Shown in pieces: positions 43,102-56,325 of a DNA stretch of 64,000 nucleotides. The number at the start of each line of letters is the position of its first letter. Within the stretch, counting starts at the first letter, position 1. The notes beneath the pieces are model-generated. The model had not been told where the DNA came from and did not search any database. It was given only the letters and a program-made list of their open reading frames with translations. This stretch comes from Kineosporiaceae bacterium (GTDB lineage Bacteria; Actinomycetota; Actinomycetes; Actinomycetales; Kineosporiaceae): the NCBI GenBank assembly GCA_035474375.1, contig DATINJ010000382.1, positions 2,068-66,067 on the forward strand, written 5' to 3'. A program made the translations under genes and the position numbers.

Positions 43102-43350
43102 TCAGCTCGCACGCCGGGCGCGTGCGTTACGGCGCTTCAGTGCACGTCGTTCGTCCTCGGAAAGGCCGCCCCAGACTCCGGCGTCCTGACCGGTGTCGAG
43201 CGCCCAACGCAAGCACGTCTCAACGACCTCGCATCGACGGCAAACGGCCTTAGCTTCCTCGATCTGCAGAATGGCCGGACCTGTGTTCCCGATCGGGAAA
43301 AACAGTTCCGGGTCTTCCTCGAGGCAGGCTGCTTCATGGCGCCAGTCCAT
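43102..43350 (-). CDS. whiB1: WhiB-family Fe-S transcription factor, WhiB1/WblE type
   Basis: 82 aa from the ATG at 43350 (GAGGAG RBS 11 nt upstream). MDWRHEAAC...CRRCEVVETC...GVWGG closely matches the WhiB1 pattern. Confidence 0.93.
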   Translation of the reverse strand: MDWRHEAACLEEDPELFFPIGNTGPAILQIEEAKAVCRRCEVVETCLRWALDTGQDAGVWGGLSEDERRALKRRNARARRAS

Positions 43351-43534
43351 GGGATGGTCCACTCCTCACGCCCTCAGGGCGGTAGATATCGATTGGGACA
43401 TGACGGATTTCCGTCAAATCCCCTCGGGGTTTGGCCTCCCCGTTACGGGGTGTGGCCGGGTCAAGCGGGTGTTTCACTCATCGGCGGGTGCTTCGTAAGA
43501 CTCCCGCTGAATTCAACGACTAGCCTCACACTCT

Positions 43535-43550
43535 TGTGCCCGCTTTCACA
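43535..43550. promoter_or_regulatory. CRP/FNR-type palindrome TGTGC-N6-TCACA upstream of whiB1
   Basis: TGTGCCCGCTTTCACA lies 185-200 nt upstream of the whiB1 ATG. whiB1 of M. tuberculosis is known to be CRP (Rv3676) regulated. Confidence 0.5.
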
Positions 43551-44227
43551 AGGCTTTTCCCATAGTGACTTGGGACATCTCTGGTTGCCCACCGTCACGA
43601 TGCAGGACTGTAGTCGTTCAGGCACGCTGCGTATATACGTTGCTGGTCATTGCTTTCGTGCGCGGTTCTTTCCAGAGTCACTGGTGGGGTGCATTTGTGT
43701 CCTCTCTGTGACGCCCGCCACGGATAGCGCTGCGTTGTGTGATCGCTCCTCAACCAATCGTTGGTTTCTGAGTGCGCGCCGTGAAGGAGTTTGGAGTTGG
43801 CCATTAATTCCTCGCCTCCAATCAACGGAGAGTGACGTCCTGTCCTTTGTCTGATGCTGCGCCCCACAAAGCGGGGCGAATCACTGTTCCACTCGTGGCC
43901 GCCGAGGGTTGCCGACTTGACAACGGGTCCGACGCTTGCTTGATGCACTTCAGAACGCACCGGATGCCCACTTGGTTCAAGCGTGCAGGGTCCGGCCTTG
44001 TCGGCAACTCAGCCCGAGATGCCGGCCCTGAGTCCCCGACCGGGGTCTGCTCAGTGCGATGTGTCACCTTTGCCGACGAGATCTGCGGTCGGAAGGGCAA
44101 CCGGCGGCAGGCTCACCCAGCGGTAACCCTGCTGCCGTCCCAGGCAGACTTGGGAAGCCACCGAGGCGATCGACCAGCGAGAATCATCAATCAGTGAGGG
44201 CTGTCGACCAGTGAGGACCAGGGACCG

Positions 44228-44653
44228 ATGAGTGCGGCATCCGACAAATCCAGCCCGGAGCCCGAGGGCAACCGACTGTCTGCACTGGTTGCCGCTCTGG
44301 TTGCTCTCGAAGCGGTAATGCTCGTAATCGCAGCCGTATTCCTGCTGGTCGAAGCCGTACGGTCGGGCGGCGACGATCTTGCGGCTGGGCTCTCGCTGGC
44401 CGCCATCGCGATCGTGGTGGGGGTCGGGCTGGCAATCTGTGCCCGAGGAGTTGCCCGTCGCCAGAGATGGAGCCGTGGGCCGGTGCTGACGTGGCAGTTG
44501 TTGCAAGCCGGTGTCGGCATGCCGCTGTCGACCAGCCAGGCATGGTGGGCCGGAGTGCTCCTGCTCGCGGTCTCGATCATCGTCGGTGTGCTGATTGCCG
44601 GCGGACGAGTGATCACGGAGTCGACAAACCGACCTGATCCAGACCAACTCTGA
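44228..44653 (+). CDS. Small membrane protein (about 4 TM)
   Basis: 141 aa with four hydrophobic helices and high GC3. Confidence 0.6.
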   Translation: MSAASDKSSPEPEGNRLSALVAALVALEAVMLVIAAVFLLVEAVRSGGDDLAAGLSLAAIAIVVGVGLAICARGVARRQRWSRGPVLTWQLLQAGVGMPLSTSQAWWAGVLLLAVSIIVGVLIAGGRVITESTNRPDPDQL

Positions 44654-44714
44654 CTCGGGCGAAGGAACCCGAGCGGGGTTGTGATATCTGGCACATTCTC
44701 CGAGTGAGTGCCGC

Positions 44715-45809
44715 TCAGAGTTCCTCGGTCAGCCCCGACCGAAGCATCGCCAGGCTCTTGGCCAGCAGCCGGGAGACGTGCATCTGAGAGACGCCGACCT
44801 CGCTGGCAATCTGCGACTGCGACATCCCGCGGGCGAAACGCAGCTCCAGGATTCGCTGCTCCCGGGCCGGCAGCCGGGCCAGGAGCGGCCGCAAGGTCTC
44901 GCGCTGTTCCACCAGTTCCAGCCCTGAGTCCTCGAAAGCCTTCGCCATCCGGTCCGACTCGTCCGCAGATGTCGGCAGCGGCACGGTGATGTACGCGGTG
45001 GCGGTCTCCAGTGCTTCCAGGACGAGATCCGCGTCCACCTCTAGGTAGGCGGCGATCTCTTGCACGGTGGGCGAGCGGTCCAAGTTGTGGGTGAGTGTCT
45101 CCCGGGCCTCGGAAACCCGTCGTCCCAGGTCTTGGACCCGGCGCGGGATCCGCATTGCCCAACCGCGGTCTCGGAAGTGCCGGCGGATCTCGCCCACGAT
45201 CGTGGGGACGGCGAACGCAGCGAATGAGCCGCGACCGGGGTCGTAGCGGTCGACGGAGTGCAGCAGGCCGATGGTGCCGACCTGGACGAGGTCGTCGTAG
45301 GGCTCGCCACGCCCGCGGAATCGCTGCGCAAGGTGATGGACGAGCGGCAGGTGCGCCTCGATGACGGTCCGGCGCAGGGCTCCGTATCGCGGATCGGCCG
45401 AGGACATCGTGGCGAGCAGGACGAGTCGATGGTCCACCCGGGGATCGGACACCCGCGGACCGTCGTCCTCGCTGACCTCAGCGCCTGGCGTCGCTGTGCC
45501 GGCGGCCTGGGGACTGAGCTCGGCCTCGGTGGGCGCACTGCCGCCGACGGCGCCGGAGCCCGCGGTGTGGGCGGTCGCGGTACGGGCGGTCGCGGCGCGG
45601 GCGGGCTCGTGGCCCCGGGTCTCGTGGCCTCGGGTCGTGCCGCCTCGGGTATTGGCGTCTCTGGTCTCCACCGTCGCTGAGGTGGTATCAGTCGGCGAGA
45701 ATTCCGTCGTTGGGAGGGCACCTCCCGGAAGGCGTTCGCCGAGGATTCGCTGCGTCGGTGGCCGATGCAAAAGGCTCAGCCGAGCATCGGTGGTATCTGG
45801 GCGGATCAC
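44715..45809 (-). CDS. SigB/SigF-type (group 3) RNA polymerase sigma factor with a long low-complexity N-terminal extension
   Basis: Regions 2-4 are recognisable (DLVQVGTIGLLHSVDRYD, RIPRRVQD, GMSQSQIASEVGVSQMHVSRL). GTGA overlap with the anti-sigma gene. Confidence 0.88.
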   Translation of the reverse strand: MIRPDTTDARLSLLHRPPTQRILGERLPGGALPTTEFSPTDTTSATVETRDANTRGGTTRGHETRGHEPARAATARTATAHTAGSGAVGGSAPTEAELSPQAAGTATPGAEVSEDDGPRVSDPRVDHRLVLLATMSSADPRYGALRRTVIEAHLPLVHHLAQRFRGRGEPYDDLVQVGTIGLLHSVDRYDPGRGSFAAFAVPTIVGEIRRHFRDRGWAMRIPRRVQDLGRRVSEARETLTHNLDRSPTVQEIAAYLEVDADLVLEALETATAYITVPLPTSADESDRMAKAFEDSGLELVEQRETLRPLLARLPAREQRILELRFARGMSQSQIASEVGVSQMHVSRLLAKSLAMLRSGLTEEL

Positions 45810-46213
45810 TCGGTTCCCCGTCCAACGTGGGTCAATTTGATCCAGGAGCCACTGTCGTTGACGCCGACGATGACTTCACCGGCGAGGGCGCGAAGGACCG
45901 TCCAGGAAAAGCTTGCGCCAGCCGGCAGTTCCTCGACCGGCCCGGCGATGATGACCGAGATCGTGCTGTTCCCGACGCTGAACGCGGCGTTCAGCGTGCG
46001 GCCCGGATGTGCGCGCCCGCCCAGGAGCAAGGAGCAAGCCTCATCCACGGCTATCCGCAGATCCTCGATCTCGTCCAGCGTGAGCTTCAGGCGAGTGGCC
46101 AGACCGGCTGTTGCCGTGCGGACCACGGAAAGATACGCGGGGTCGGCGGGAACTCGGAGATCCACCGCGTCCGTCGTCGTTACCGCCGCTTGCCTTTGAT
46201 CGCCACGCGTCAT
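45806..46213 (-). CDS. RsbW/UshX-like anti-sigma factor (HATPase-type)
   Basis: Start set at the ATG 46213 (GTG at 46222 is possible, with a GGGGGG RBS-like run upstream). Core motif VPADPAYLSVVRTATAGLA...EIEDLRIAVDEA. Confidence 0.75.
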   Translation of the reverse strand: MTRGDQRQAAVTTTDAVDLRVPADPAYLSVVRTATAGLATRLKLTLDEIEDLRIAVDEACSLLLGGRAHPGRTLNAAFSVGNSTISVIIAGPVEELPAGASFSWTVLRALAGEVIVGVNDSGSWIKLTHVGRGTE

Positions 46214-46421
46214 GGTGCTCACATCCCCCCGTGACAACGGTAGGCCTGCTGGACAGTTGCGGTGCGCGGTTCGTTCGTTACTGAACGAGACCAATGTCAC
46301 CATCGGGCAAGAATAGAACACGTTGCGTGGTGAATGTCGACGCTATCCGAAGTTCAATCTCACTCAGTCAGAGTTGCTCGTTGCTCTATGTCACAACGCC
46401 CAGGAAGGCGTGCGCGGTCAG

Positions 46422-47071
46422 TCACATTGGACGATCGCTCAATGCTTTAAGTGATTCATCCGTGACCCGCCATACGGTCCAGTCATCCTGTGGCACGGCC
46501 CCGACGCCGCGATAGAAGCGATGTGCCGACTCATTCCAATCCAGCACACACCACTCCATCCGGGCATATCCCCGACTGGTGCAAATGTTTGCGAGTTCCG
46601 CCAGCAGGGCACGCCCAACACCGAGCTGTCGGTAGGCAGGCTGAACGTAGAGATCCTCGAGCCAGAGACCATGTCGGCCTCGCCAGGTAGAGAACGTGAC
46701 AAACCAGATCGCCAGCCCCACCACCGTCGGGCCTGCCGGGCCGTCCAACTCCACGACATGGCAGTGCACTCGCGGGTGCGGGTTGAAGAAGGCGGCACCG
46801 AAATCCTCCGGCGTTGCCTTGACGGCGTTCGGTTCGCGTTCGAAATCGGCGAGTTCCCGGACCAAACTGTCGATCTGAGCCACATCGCCGGGCCGAGCCG
46901 GGCGTACCCGCCAGGCCGCCGCAGATGCCGTGGACCCGGAGGTTGGCGTCACGGATTCGGATATGGCGGGCGATACTTCGGGGGATTCTGGGGCGGTGGG
47001 TCCAGACACGGTGGGCATCACCGGGGCACCGGTGACGAGTGTGCCGTCGGGTCTTTCCATGGCATCCGAGG

Positions 47072-47075
<4 letters not shown>
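46422..47075 (-). CDS. GNAT acetyltransferase (diamine/SSAT-like) with a Pro/Ser/Thr-rich N-terminal extension
   Basis: Core motif LYVQPAYRQLGVGRALL...RMEWCVLDWN. ATGA overlap with the stop of the upstream FtsK-domain gene. Confidence 0.85.
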
Positions 47076-51799
<4,724 letters not shown>

Positions 51800-51842
51800 G
51801 CCGAAGATTCTGCGGGCCGGGTCCGACAGCCGACCTGAGCCC

Positions 51843-51897
51843 TGTGGATAACGTAGCCGCCGAGACTTCCCCTGTGGATATCGCCGGTTTATCCACA
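51843..51897. promoter_or_regulatory. Cluster of three TTATCCACA-type boxes in the divergent EssC-like / cpaF promoter
   Basis: TGTGGATAA 51843-51851, TGTGGATAT 51873-51881 (30 bp apart, both preceded by CCC) and TTATCCACA 51889-51897. Confidence 0.65.
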
Positions 51898-51936
51898 ATT
51901 TACGGTTACCTTCTGCGCGAAGTGTCCGAGTTTCGT

Positions 51937-53253
51937 ATGCTTCCTTCTCAATCGCTGGCAGCGCCCGTCAGATCAACTCTGTCCGTGATCGAGCCCGGTG
52001 ATGAATCGAGAGCGGGGGTGGTCGTGGACGCCGTGGCGATCGTGTCCGACGAGGTCCGAGACCTGATTCGGCGCGAAGGCATCGACCCGGGCCGAGATGT
52101 CGGGCGGTTGCGCCGGTTGGTCGAAGCTGTCGTCGCTGACTACGACGAACGTTCGCTGACCAGAGCGTTGCCACCGCTGATCGATACCGCGATCGCCGTG
52201 AAACGGGTGCTGGACGACGTCGCGGGCTTCGGTTCGCTGCAGCCATTTCTTGACGACCCGGGCATCGAGGAGATCTGGATCAACGAACCTGGCAAGGTTT
52301 TCATCGCCCGCTCCGGTGTCAGCGAACTCACCTCCGTCATCTTCACCGCCCAAGAGGTCCGAGACCTGGTCGAGCGAATGCTCAAGAGCAGTGGCCGCCG
52401 GGTCGACCTGTCCAGCCCTTTCGTCGATGCGATGCTTCCGGACGGCTCCCGGTTGCACGTCGTGATCCCGGACATCACTCGAAGCGAGTGGGCAGTCAAC
52501 ATCCGAAAATTTGTCATCCGGGCGACAACGCTGGACGACCTGGTCACGTTGGGAACGCTCACCCCGCAAATGGCCGACTTCCTGGTCGCTTCGGTGGTCG
52601 CCGGGCTGAACATCCTAGTGTCCGGCGGCACTCAGGCCGGCAAGACGACGATGCTCAACTGCCTGCTGGGGGCGGTACCGGCTCGCGAACGAGTGATCAC
52701 CTGCGAGGAAGTCTTCGAATTGCGGGTGCCGATCCGAGACTGGGTGGGAATGCAATGCCGTCAGCCCAGTCTCGAAGGTACCGGCGAGATTCCGCTGCGT
52801 CGGCTGATCAAGGAAGCCCTCCGGATGCGACCCGACCGACTGATTGTCGGTGAGGTGAGACAGGCCGAAAGTCTTGATCTGCTCCTTGCTTTGAACAGCG
52901 GCCTGCCCGGCATGGGGACCATCCATGCGAATTCCGGGCGAGCCGCGATCATCAAGATGTGCACGCTTCCGCTGCTCGCAGGCGAGAACGTGAGCGCTCG
53001 ATTCGTCGTTCCGACGGTTGCGAGTTCGATCGATCTGGTGGTGCAGATCGCGCTTGACGGTGACGGTCGACGTCGAGTCCACGAGATCATCTCGGTTCCG
53101 GGCCGGGTCGAGGGTGACGTGATCGAGACCGCCGAGATCTTCGTCCGACGTGATGACCGGGTAGTGCGCGCAGATGGGTTCCCTCCGCACCCAGATCGCT
53201 ACCGGCGTGCCGGGATCGATCTCCCGGCGCTGCTTCACGGCGGCTGGAGGTAA
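51937..53253 (+). CDS. cpaF: CpaF/TadA family secretion ATPase
   Basis: Walker A VSGGTQAGKTT and Walker B RLIVGEVR. The start is uncertain (ATG 51937; GTG options at 51985-52024). The track start 51844 lies inside the low-GC3 box cluster and was rejected. Confidence 0.88.
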   Translation: MLPSQSLAAPVRSTLSVIEPGDESRAGVVVDAVAIVSDEVRDLIRREGIDPGRDVGRLRRLVEAVVADYDERSLTRALPPLIDTAIAVKRVLDDVAGFGSLQPFLDDPGIEEIWINEPGKVFIARSGVSELTSVIFTAQEVRDLVERMLKSSGRRVDLSSPFVDAMLPDGSRLHVVIPDITRSEWAVNIRKFVIRATTLDDLVTLGTLTPQMADFLVASVVAGLNILVSGGTQAGKTTMLNCLLGAVPARERVITCEEVFELRVPIRDWVGMQCRQPSLEGTGEIPLRRLIKEALRMRPDRLIVGEVRQAESLDLLLALNSGLPGMGTIHANSGRAAIIKMCTLPLLAGENVSARFVVPTVASSIDLVVQIALDGDGRRRVHEIISVPGRVEGDVIETAEIFVRRDDRVVRADGFPPHPDRYRRAGIDLPALLHGGWR

Positions 53254-53256
53254 CCG

Positions 53257-54117
53257 GTGGGTGTCCTGGTCGGGTTGCTCTCGGGTACTGGTCTGTTCTG
53301 CATCTGGTGGTCGTTCTGGGCTCCGTCCGTCTCCTCAGCTCCCGGCTCTATCGGGCCGGTGGCCAGGGTCCGGGAGTTGTTGATCCAGGCAGACCTCCCG
53401 GCAGTCAGCCCGCAGGCGCTGGCGTTGACCTGCGTCGGCGTCGGGATCACCGGGTTTATCGCCGTGTTCGCGCTCAGTACCGTGCTGGCGATCGCGGTGT
53501 GCTTCGCGCTGTTGGCGACCTGGCTACCGGTGTCCCTGGTGATGGCTCGGGCCAGACGTCGTCGAGAGCGATGGCGTGAGTTGTGGCCGGAGGTCGTGGA
53601 CAACCTCGGTTCCGGAGTGCGGGCAGGGCTCTCGCTGCCCGAGGCGCTGGGGCAGATCGGCCAGCGCGGCCCGGAACCGCTGCGGGCTCCGTTCATCGCG
53701 TTCGCCCATGATTACCGCCTGACCGGGAACTTCGGCGAGGCGCTGGACGCACTCAAGGAGCGGCTCGCGGATCCGGTCGCTGATCGGTTGTGCGAGGCAC
53801 TGCGAATCACTCGTGAAGTCGGCGGGTCGGATCTCGGCCGGCTCCTTCGCGGACTCTCCGCCTTTCTTCGTGAGGACGCCCGGACTCGCTCCGAACTGGA
53901 GGCCCGGCAGAGCTGGACGGTCTATGCGGCCCGACTGGCCGTGACCGCGCCGTGGCTGGTCCTTGGCCTGCTCGCGACCAGACCGGAGTCGGTGGCCGCG
54001 TACGACCGCCCGGCAGGGACCGTCGTACTGCTGATCGGAGCAGTGGCCTCGGTGGCCGCTTACCGGCTGATGGTGCTGATCGGTCGGCTGCCCGAAGAAC
54101 AGCGGGTACTCAGATGA
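53257..54117 (+). CDS. tadB: TadB-like type II secretion system F-domain membrane protein
   Basis: GTG start with a GGAGG RBS 7 nt upstream. T2SSF domain and TM helices. Confidence 0.8.
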   Translation: MGVLVGLLSGTGLFCIWWSFWAPSVSSAPGSIGPVARVRELLIQADLPAVSPQALALTCVGVGITGFIAVFALSTVLAIAVCFALLATWLPVSLVMARARRRRERWRELWPEVVDNLGSGVRAGLSLPEALGQIGQRGPEPLRAPFIAFAHDYRLTGNFGEALDALKERLADPVADRLCEALRITREVGGSDLGRLLRGLSAFLREDARTRSELEARQSWTVYAARLAVTAPWLVLGLLATRPESVAAYDRPAGTVVLLIGAVASVAAYRLMVLIGRLPEEQRVLR

Positions 54118-55058
54118 CCACTGAACTGTCGGCCTCCGGTGCGCTCTTCGGTCTCCTGGCCGGTCTCGGCGGCTGGCTGATAATCAGCCGAGTGCCCTGG
54201 CGCCGAGCACCGACACTTGATCAACGGCTCGCACCGTATCTGCGCGGAATCCACCCTGCTGGGCGCCCCTCGGTCGCGGCGCCTGCGCATCACTCCCCGT
54301 TGGACGTCGTTGAGCGGGTTCTGGGCCCGTTCATGGGCGACGCCCTGCGCTGGGTGGAACGAATCAGCGGTGGCACCGGAACGGTACGCCGCCGCCTCGA
54401 CCAACTCGGCGGCCGGCGAACCATCGATCAGTTCCGCGCCGAGCAGGTGATCTGGGGTGTCGTCGGAGCCGCGGCGGGAGCAGCGATTGGTGGTCTCACT
54501 GTGATCGGGCGGGGCTTCAGCGTCGTTCCAGTCGTCGGGCTGGTCGTGATCGGAACACTGCTCGGTGTGCTCGGCCGCGACCTTTGGCTCAGCTTCCAGG
54601 TTCGCCGCCGCGACCGCCGCATCCTGGCTGAATTCCCAGCCGTCGCTGAGCTTCTGGCGCTCGCAGTCGGAGCCGGGGAAGGGCCGATGGGAGCGCTGGA
54701 GCGGGTCGCTCGCACCTGCCGGGGCGAGCTGTCAGCCGAGCTGCGGCGCACGGTCGCCGAAGTGCGAACCGGAATGCCGCTGACCGATGCCCTGACCGGG
54801 CTCGCGAATCGGACCACCCTGCCCAGCCTCGCTCGTTTCGTCGACGGAATCGTCGTTGCGGTGGACCGAGGCACCCCACTGGCAGAGGTGCTTCGCGCCC
54901 AAGCACAGGACGTTCGGGAGTTGACCCGCCGACAGCTGATGGAAGCAGGTGGCCGTCGCGAGATCGGGATGATGGTCCCCGTGGTATTTCTGGTGCTCCC
55001 GGTCACCGTCCTCTTCGCCGTCTACCCAGGGCTTGCCGTCCTGGATCTCAATCCGTGA
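54114..55058 (+). CDS. tadC: TadC-like type II secretion system F-domain membrane protein
   Basis: ATGA overlap with tadB. T2SSF domain. Confidence 0.8.
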   Translation: MTTELSASGALFGLLAGLGGWLIISRVPWRRAPTLDQRLAPYLRGIHPAGRPSVAAPAHHSPLDVVERVLGPFMGDALRWVERISGGTGTVRRRLDQLGGRRTIDQFRAEQVIWGVVGAAAGAAIGGLTVIGRGFSVVPVVGLVVIGTLLGVLGRDLWLSFQVRRRDRRILAEFPAVAELLALAVGAGEGPMGALERVARTCRGELSAELRRTVAEVRTGMPLTDALTGLANRTTLPSLARFVDGIVVAVDRGTPLAEVLRAQAQDVRELTRRQLMEAGGRREIGMMVPVVFLVLPVTVLFAVYPGLAVLDLNP

Positions 55059-55074
55059 CCCAAGGAGAGCACCG

Positions 55075-55353
55075 ATGAAGCTAGGTTCGATCGACTATCG
55101 GATCGGCCGACCGAGGGCAGATCGCCTGGACGCCGATGATCTCCTGAACCGGGCTTTCAGATGGAGTCTTTCGGCGAAGCAACGGATCTCGGCGCGAGTC
55201 TTCGACGTCAACCCGGAGCGCGGTGACGTGTCGGGCTGGGTCTTGGTGACCCTGATGACCGCCGGTCTGGTGGTGACGCTCTGGGCGGTGGCCGGCCCGC
55301 GTCTGGAGGAGGTGTTCAACGACGCGATGGACCGAGTGGTTGGCGGGCCGTGA
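55075..55353 (+). CDS. Flp-like / DUF4244-like small pilin-type protein (atypical)
   Basis: AAGGAGAG RBS. 92 aa with ERGDVSGWVLVTLMTAGLVV, a hydrophobic helix in the position of the Flp mature N-terminus. Confidence 0.55.
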   Translation: MKLGSIDYRIGRPRADRLDADDLLNRAFRWSLSAKQRISARVFDVNPERGDVSGWVLVTLMTAGLVVTLWAVAGPRLEEVFNDAMDRVVGGP

Positions 55354-55846
55354 GCACCCGGAGGCCGAACTGCGGGCACTGGAACGACGGGCATCGGAGC
55401 GCCGGGCCTTGGAACGCCGGGCACTGGAACGACAGGCATGGGAACGACAGGCAGTGGAACGGGTAGCCGACCGGGGCGCGGCGATCGTGGACTTCGTGCT
55501 GGTCGGCGGGCTATTGACGCTGCTCTTCCTCGCCGTCCTGCAACTCAGTATCGCCTTGCACGTGCGTAATGTATTGGTGGACTGTGCCTTTGAGGGAGCC
55601 CAGTTCGGCGCGCTGGCGGACCGGGATCCCCAAGCCGGCGCCGACCGGGCCCGCGAGCTGATCCGCAGTGAGCTGTCCGATCGGTATGCAGAGCAGGTCT
55701 CGGCCGGACTCGCCTGGGTGGACGGGCTGCCAACGGTAGAAGTGCGGGTCGAGGCGCCGCTACCGGTAATCGGCGTGTTCGGCGTCGGCCGGACCCTGAC
55801 CGTGTCCGGTCACGCGCTCGCCGAACAGCCCGTCCCGCAGCCGTGA
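55340..55846 (+). CDS. TadE-like pseudopilin protein (start uncertain: TTG 55340 or GTG 55454)
   Basis: RGAAIVDFVLVGGLLTLLFLAV resembles a TadE N-terminal motif. It is preceded by an in-frame (A/S)(L/W)ER(R/Q) x6 repeat. Confidence 0.7.
   Translation: MAGREHPEAELRALERRASERRALERRALERQAWERQAVERVADRGAAIVDFVLVGGLLTLLFLAVLQLSIALHVRNVLVDCAFEGAQFGALADRDPQAGADRARELIRSELSDRYAEQVSAGLAWVDGLPTVEVRVEAPLPVIGVFGVGRTLTVSGHALAEQPVPQP
55374..55463 (+). repeat. 6 x 15-bp tandem repeat
   Basis: GGGCACTGGAACGAC-type units at 55374, 55389, 55404, 55419, 55434 and 55449. Confidence 0.9.
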
Positions 55847-56325
55847 GATCGACCGCGCGGTCAACCGCCTGGAACCGGCCCCCTGTCCGGGACGACGGGT
55901 CGGCGACGATCGAGTTCGTTGTGATGGGGGTCTTGCTGCTGGTACCCCTGGTTTACCTCGTGATAGCCCTCAGCCGGATCCAGGCTGCTGCCTTCGCCGC
56001 CGACAGTTCCGCCCGCGAAGCAGCCCGCGCTTTCGTCACCGCGACTGAAGAGGATGACGGACGGCGTCGCGCATCGGTCGCCGTCCAGCTCGGTCTGCGT
56101 GATCAGGGATTCGGCAACCCCTCCGATGGTGATCTGGCAATCGAATGCGAAACGTCAAGGGCTTGCCTGACCCCGGGCAGTCAGATCCGTGTCCTGGTGA
56201 CGGTCCGAGTCATCCTGCCCGGCGTCCCACGATTTCTTGGTCACGCCTTGTCGACCGATGTCACCGTTCGCGCCCGACAGCTGGCAGTGGTGGACCAGTT
56301 CCGGGCGCAAGGTGGAGATCCATGA
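55843..56325 (+). CDS. TadE-like pseudopilin protein
   Basis: GTGA overlap with the previous gene. DDGSATIEFVVMGVLLLVPLVYLV motif. Confidence 0.7.
   Translation: MRSTARSTAWNRPPVRDDGSATIEFVVMGVLLLVPLVYLVIALSRIQAAAFAADSSAREAARAFVTATEEDDGRRRASVAVQLGLRDQGFGNPSDGDLAIECETSRACLTPGSQIRVLVTVRVILPGVPRFLGHALSTDVTVRARQLAVVDQFRAQGGDP

Noticed and set aside
43595-44197. ORFs 43595..43960 (-), 43822..44100 (-) and 43832..44197 (+) upstream of whiB1
   Set aside because: They have low GC3, odd composition, mutual overlap and no RBS. The region is treated as non-coding.
51844-51898. Track start codons for cpaF (51844) and the EssC-like gene (51898) that would translate through the box cluster
   Set aside because: The segment has about 50% GC3 and contains the repeated AT-rich boxes. 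The predicted peptides (for example RYPQG twice) simply mirror the DNA repeat. Downstream starts were preferred.
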